A stretch of 64,000 bases of DNA from Oculina patagonica (lineage: Eukaryota): NCBI RefSeq assembly GCF_052425735.1, contig NC_135759.1, forward strand, positions 32,922,001 to 32,986,000, written 5' to 3'. A program made the position numbers and the translations under genes. Positions 61,212-64,000 of this stretch are shown one piece after another. The notes under the pieces are model-generated. The model saw only the letters and a program-made list of their open reading frames with translations. It ran no database searches and was not told the origin of the DNA. Numbering within the stretch: position 1 is the stretch's first letter; each line of letters opens with the position of its first letter.

Positions 61212-64000
61212 AAATGTTCCAGATTAGCCATTGTTAAAACCTCGACCTAGCACCAGTTTCCAGAGTAGCGGAGCTCGGTCAAACGTAGGACTCATCAGTG
61301 CGTCATGTAACATGAATACATATGGACTTATCTCCAGCTGAGGCTCTTTTACGCCATACAAGTCTTATACACTGCTTTTATTTGCTCATAATTCGAACGT
61401 TAAGTCCATTCTGGCCTAGCACTGCAGCTGCATTTGCAGATATGTCTGTAATTTCAACTCTTTGGTGAAAATGCAAACGCGTTATTAGTTTTTGCGGAAA
61501 CCTTTTTGGTCGGTTGCAAGTGAATTTAATTCACTTCATTTTGATTTACAGAAGCATCGATTATTTTAAAATAAGTTTTTAACCCAGGTCAGCGTATAGA
61601 GAGCGTGTACGTTCAATTTTCTGCCAGAGCCAAACGCTTCATTAGCTACAATCATCTGAATTCTAAAACAGCAGAATGTTGAGAAAACAAGACGACCTCA
61701 GCAGTCTATGAAACCATGCACTGAAGTTCATCTACGAGCGTAGTTAACCGATTTAAACTCATTTTACTCCATGTGCTATAGTGGCGACATCTTGTCTTAC
61801 CCCGAAATGTCCTCCCAACGCTCTATATATTCATTGTATTCGATGACAATAAGCCACCCCTCCCCACCTGCTATCTGCCTTCCCCTTTAATATAAACGAC
61901 AGCTAAGTCATCCGTGAAGTGCCAGTGATTTAATTTTCTTGTCAGTGTTCAGTCGAGAGGAAATCGAAAAAGAATCGCTTTTAGTTTCTTGTTCATTCGC
62001 TCAACTCAACAAGCGCAGCATCGAAGCAAGAAAGCTAGAACTCTGTGACGTCATCGAAAACCTGTTTGTTGTGCGGTTGAGCGGGTCATTATCTAACTGA
62101 AGAGTCTGCGTTAATTTATTGATAGAGAAATGTTGTGAAAAGAAATATGGCGGATACCTAAAGGCTAAAAGGTAGGGCCGTCAGTGACTTATTTTGAAGT
62201 AGTTTTAAAGCATTTTTTCATATAACCCGATGGTGTTAGTTCAAGAATGCCTTTATCTGTGGTCATGGTTGTTTGAGCGAATACTGTGGGAGGATATTAC
62301 GAGGTCAGTTTAGGTTCGAGTCACGTTGTTAGTTTTTATGGTTGCTTTGTTTAAATTCACAAACGCTAGCCGCGATTATAATGCGTGGATATGAAAATGT
62401 ATTTCCTGATTCTTTGATACAGTATTACGTTAACAGAATTGGGACATCTAAGTCAGTGAGAATATAAAGCGACAAATCTGAGTTTATAGAAAACAGATTC
62501 GACGCTTAACTAAGATAGCATTTAATAGTAGAAAAAGTCAATTGTTTAACGATCAACATATCAAAATTCGATTTAGTAATGCATTGTTTCTTAATAAAAA
62601 GGATGAAATTCTTCGTTCTTTTTCGTTATTTCCATGGCTAGAAAATTACAAATCGTGCAAACGGATCAATGTCAGCAAAAATTGTGAAATATCTTTACAT
62701 GACTTTAAAATTACGAAAGCTGGGGTCAAAGTCTTTCCAAGCGAATAGTTCACTAAATCAAAACAAGAACTAGACGCCCAATATGGAACATCGCTAGGCG
62801 AGTTTTACGTGAAGTAGCTTGGTCCAAAGTTTTTAAATAGACGCAATTTGACAGTTGCTACCATCTCTTGCGCTAAAACTTCTGTCAAAAGACCGCTATA
62901 GTTACAACGTGGGTGAAAATACTAAAGTAAATAATATTGTTTAGATAAATTACGTATTTCACGTTACGTGATTGTGTTTTGCACCATCGTGCAAATAAAG
63001 GAGTAAATGGCTGAGTAAAGCGGAGTTAAAACATTAGAATGCCACTTTATTTAAGCGTAGAAAACCTTCCGCTAAATTGCCAATGCCAGGTTTTTTAGAA
63101 TAGGAATGCTGTTACTAAACATCTGTTCGAACTTAACTGTAAGTGAATTTTACCTAGTGTAAAAAACGCAACATATCAAACCTAAGTGTACCAACACAAT
63201 CATTGAAAACGTGCTACTGGGGAGCTAAATTAATCTAAAAGTATGGCCTGTAGTGCTGAGGGAAATCAAAAGTGGTATGCCTTAGCATGTGTACACTCCA
63301 AGAAGTTGGTTTGTGATTATATATTACTTTGTTAACTGGAGTTTCTATCACAACCAAACTTGATTGCCCCTTTAATTTAAAATATATATTTTTATAACCA
63401 ATTTATAATGAAGTTTTCAGAGTAAGTAACTAAGTTTGCATTGATTGCAATTTTGACTAACCAGCTCCTCTCCATGTGTGATGTTAGAAAAATCAATTTA
63501 CGCAGCGAAAAGTGAAGAAATGTAAACTTTTGTTTTGGGACGTTTTGACCCAAAATTCATCGTTAACAGTGGGCGTGTTAGGCTCAGTTTGTATTTTTGA
63601 TGATAATACAAAGCGTCTTGGAATCATCTGAAATCCATCTGCGACCACCCGTTTTGTTTCGCTAACAGCCTGAAATTCGATTTAGGTTTACTTTTGCCAA
63701 AATTTCATTCGTTAATCTCAGAATTGTATTATTGGTTTTCAGCGCATCTGCAGTAGAGATGAATATTATTCCAGTAATTCCTGAAAGATGACTCTTGCTT
63801 ACAAGCTTGTTTTTGTGGTGTTGTTGGAACTCTGCTATTTTGTGGAATATGACTTAGGTAAGATCACGTAAAAATGTTTTAATGTGCTCCGAAGAATGAA
63901 GAGGATAAAGAATGTTTAATTAGATCGTACATTTTTACATCATTAGATATAAAGTATTTTAATTATTAAATTAGTATGATTAGTATTAAATTTTTATATT

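Overview
This is AT-rich eukaryotic (animal) genomic DNA with spliceosomal introns. The repeat and gene repertoire suggests an anthozoan cnidarian such as a stony coral; that assignment is inference. The ORF track misses most real genes because they are multi-exon. Exon models were built by hand from splice sites and reading phase. Contents: (1) the 5' part of M1AP on the minus strand, running off the left edge, with a 5'-truncated L2-type LINE in one intron. (2) A complete 16-exon PSMD13/Rpn9 gene (376 aa), head-to-head with M1AP. (3) Four genes (labelled D, A, B, C here) for type-I single-pass membrane proteins. They share an exon-phase layout and a distinctive transmembrane motif ([LV][AV]V[AG][IV]G[CV][GA]...[RK]), but have unrelated ectodomains: none (D), one MANSC-like domain (A), two MANSC-like plus three EGF domains (B), and an apextrin C-terminal (ApeC) domain (C). 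The transmembrane exon of gene B is split by an 887-bp TIR transposon. (4) Two class-A GPCRs with single-exon CDS. (5) Many MITEs, SINEs and LINE tails, and two Penelope-like remnants carrying hammerhead-ribozyme motifs. The best candidate for an undescribed system is the four-gene shared-transmembrane, shuffled-ectodomain family. No CRISPR array, rRNA or true tRNA gene was seen.
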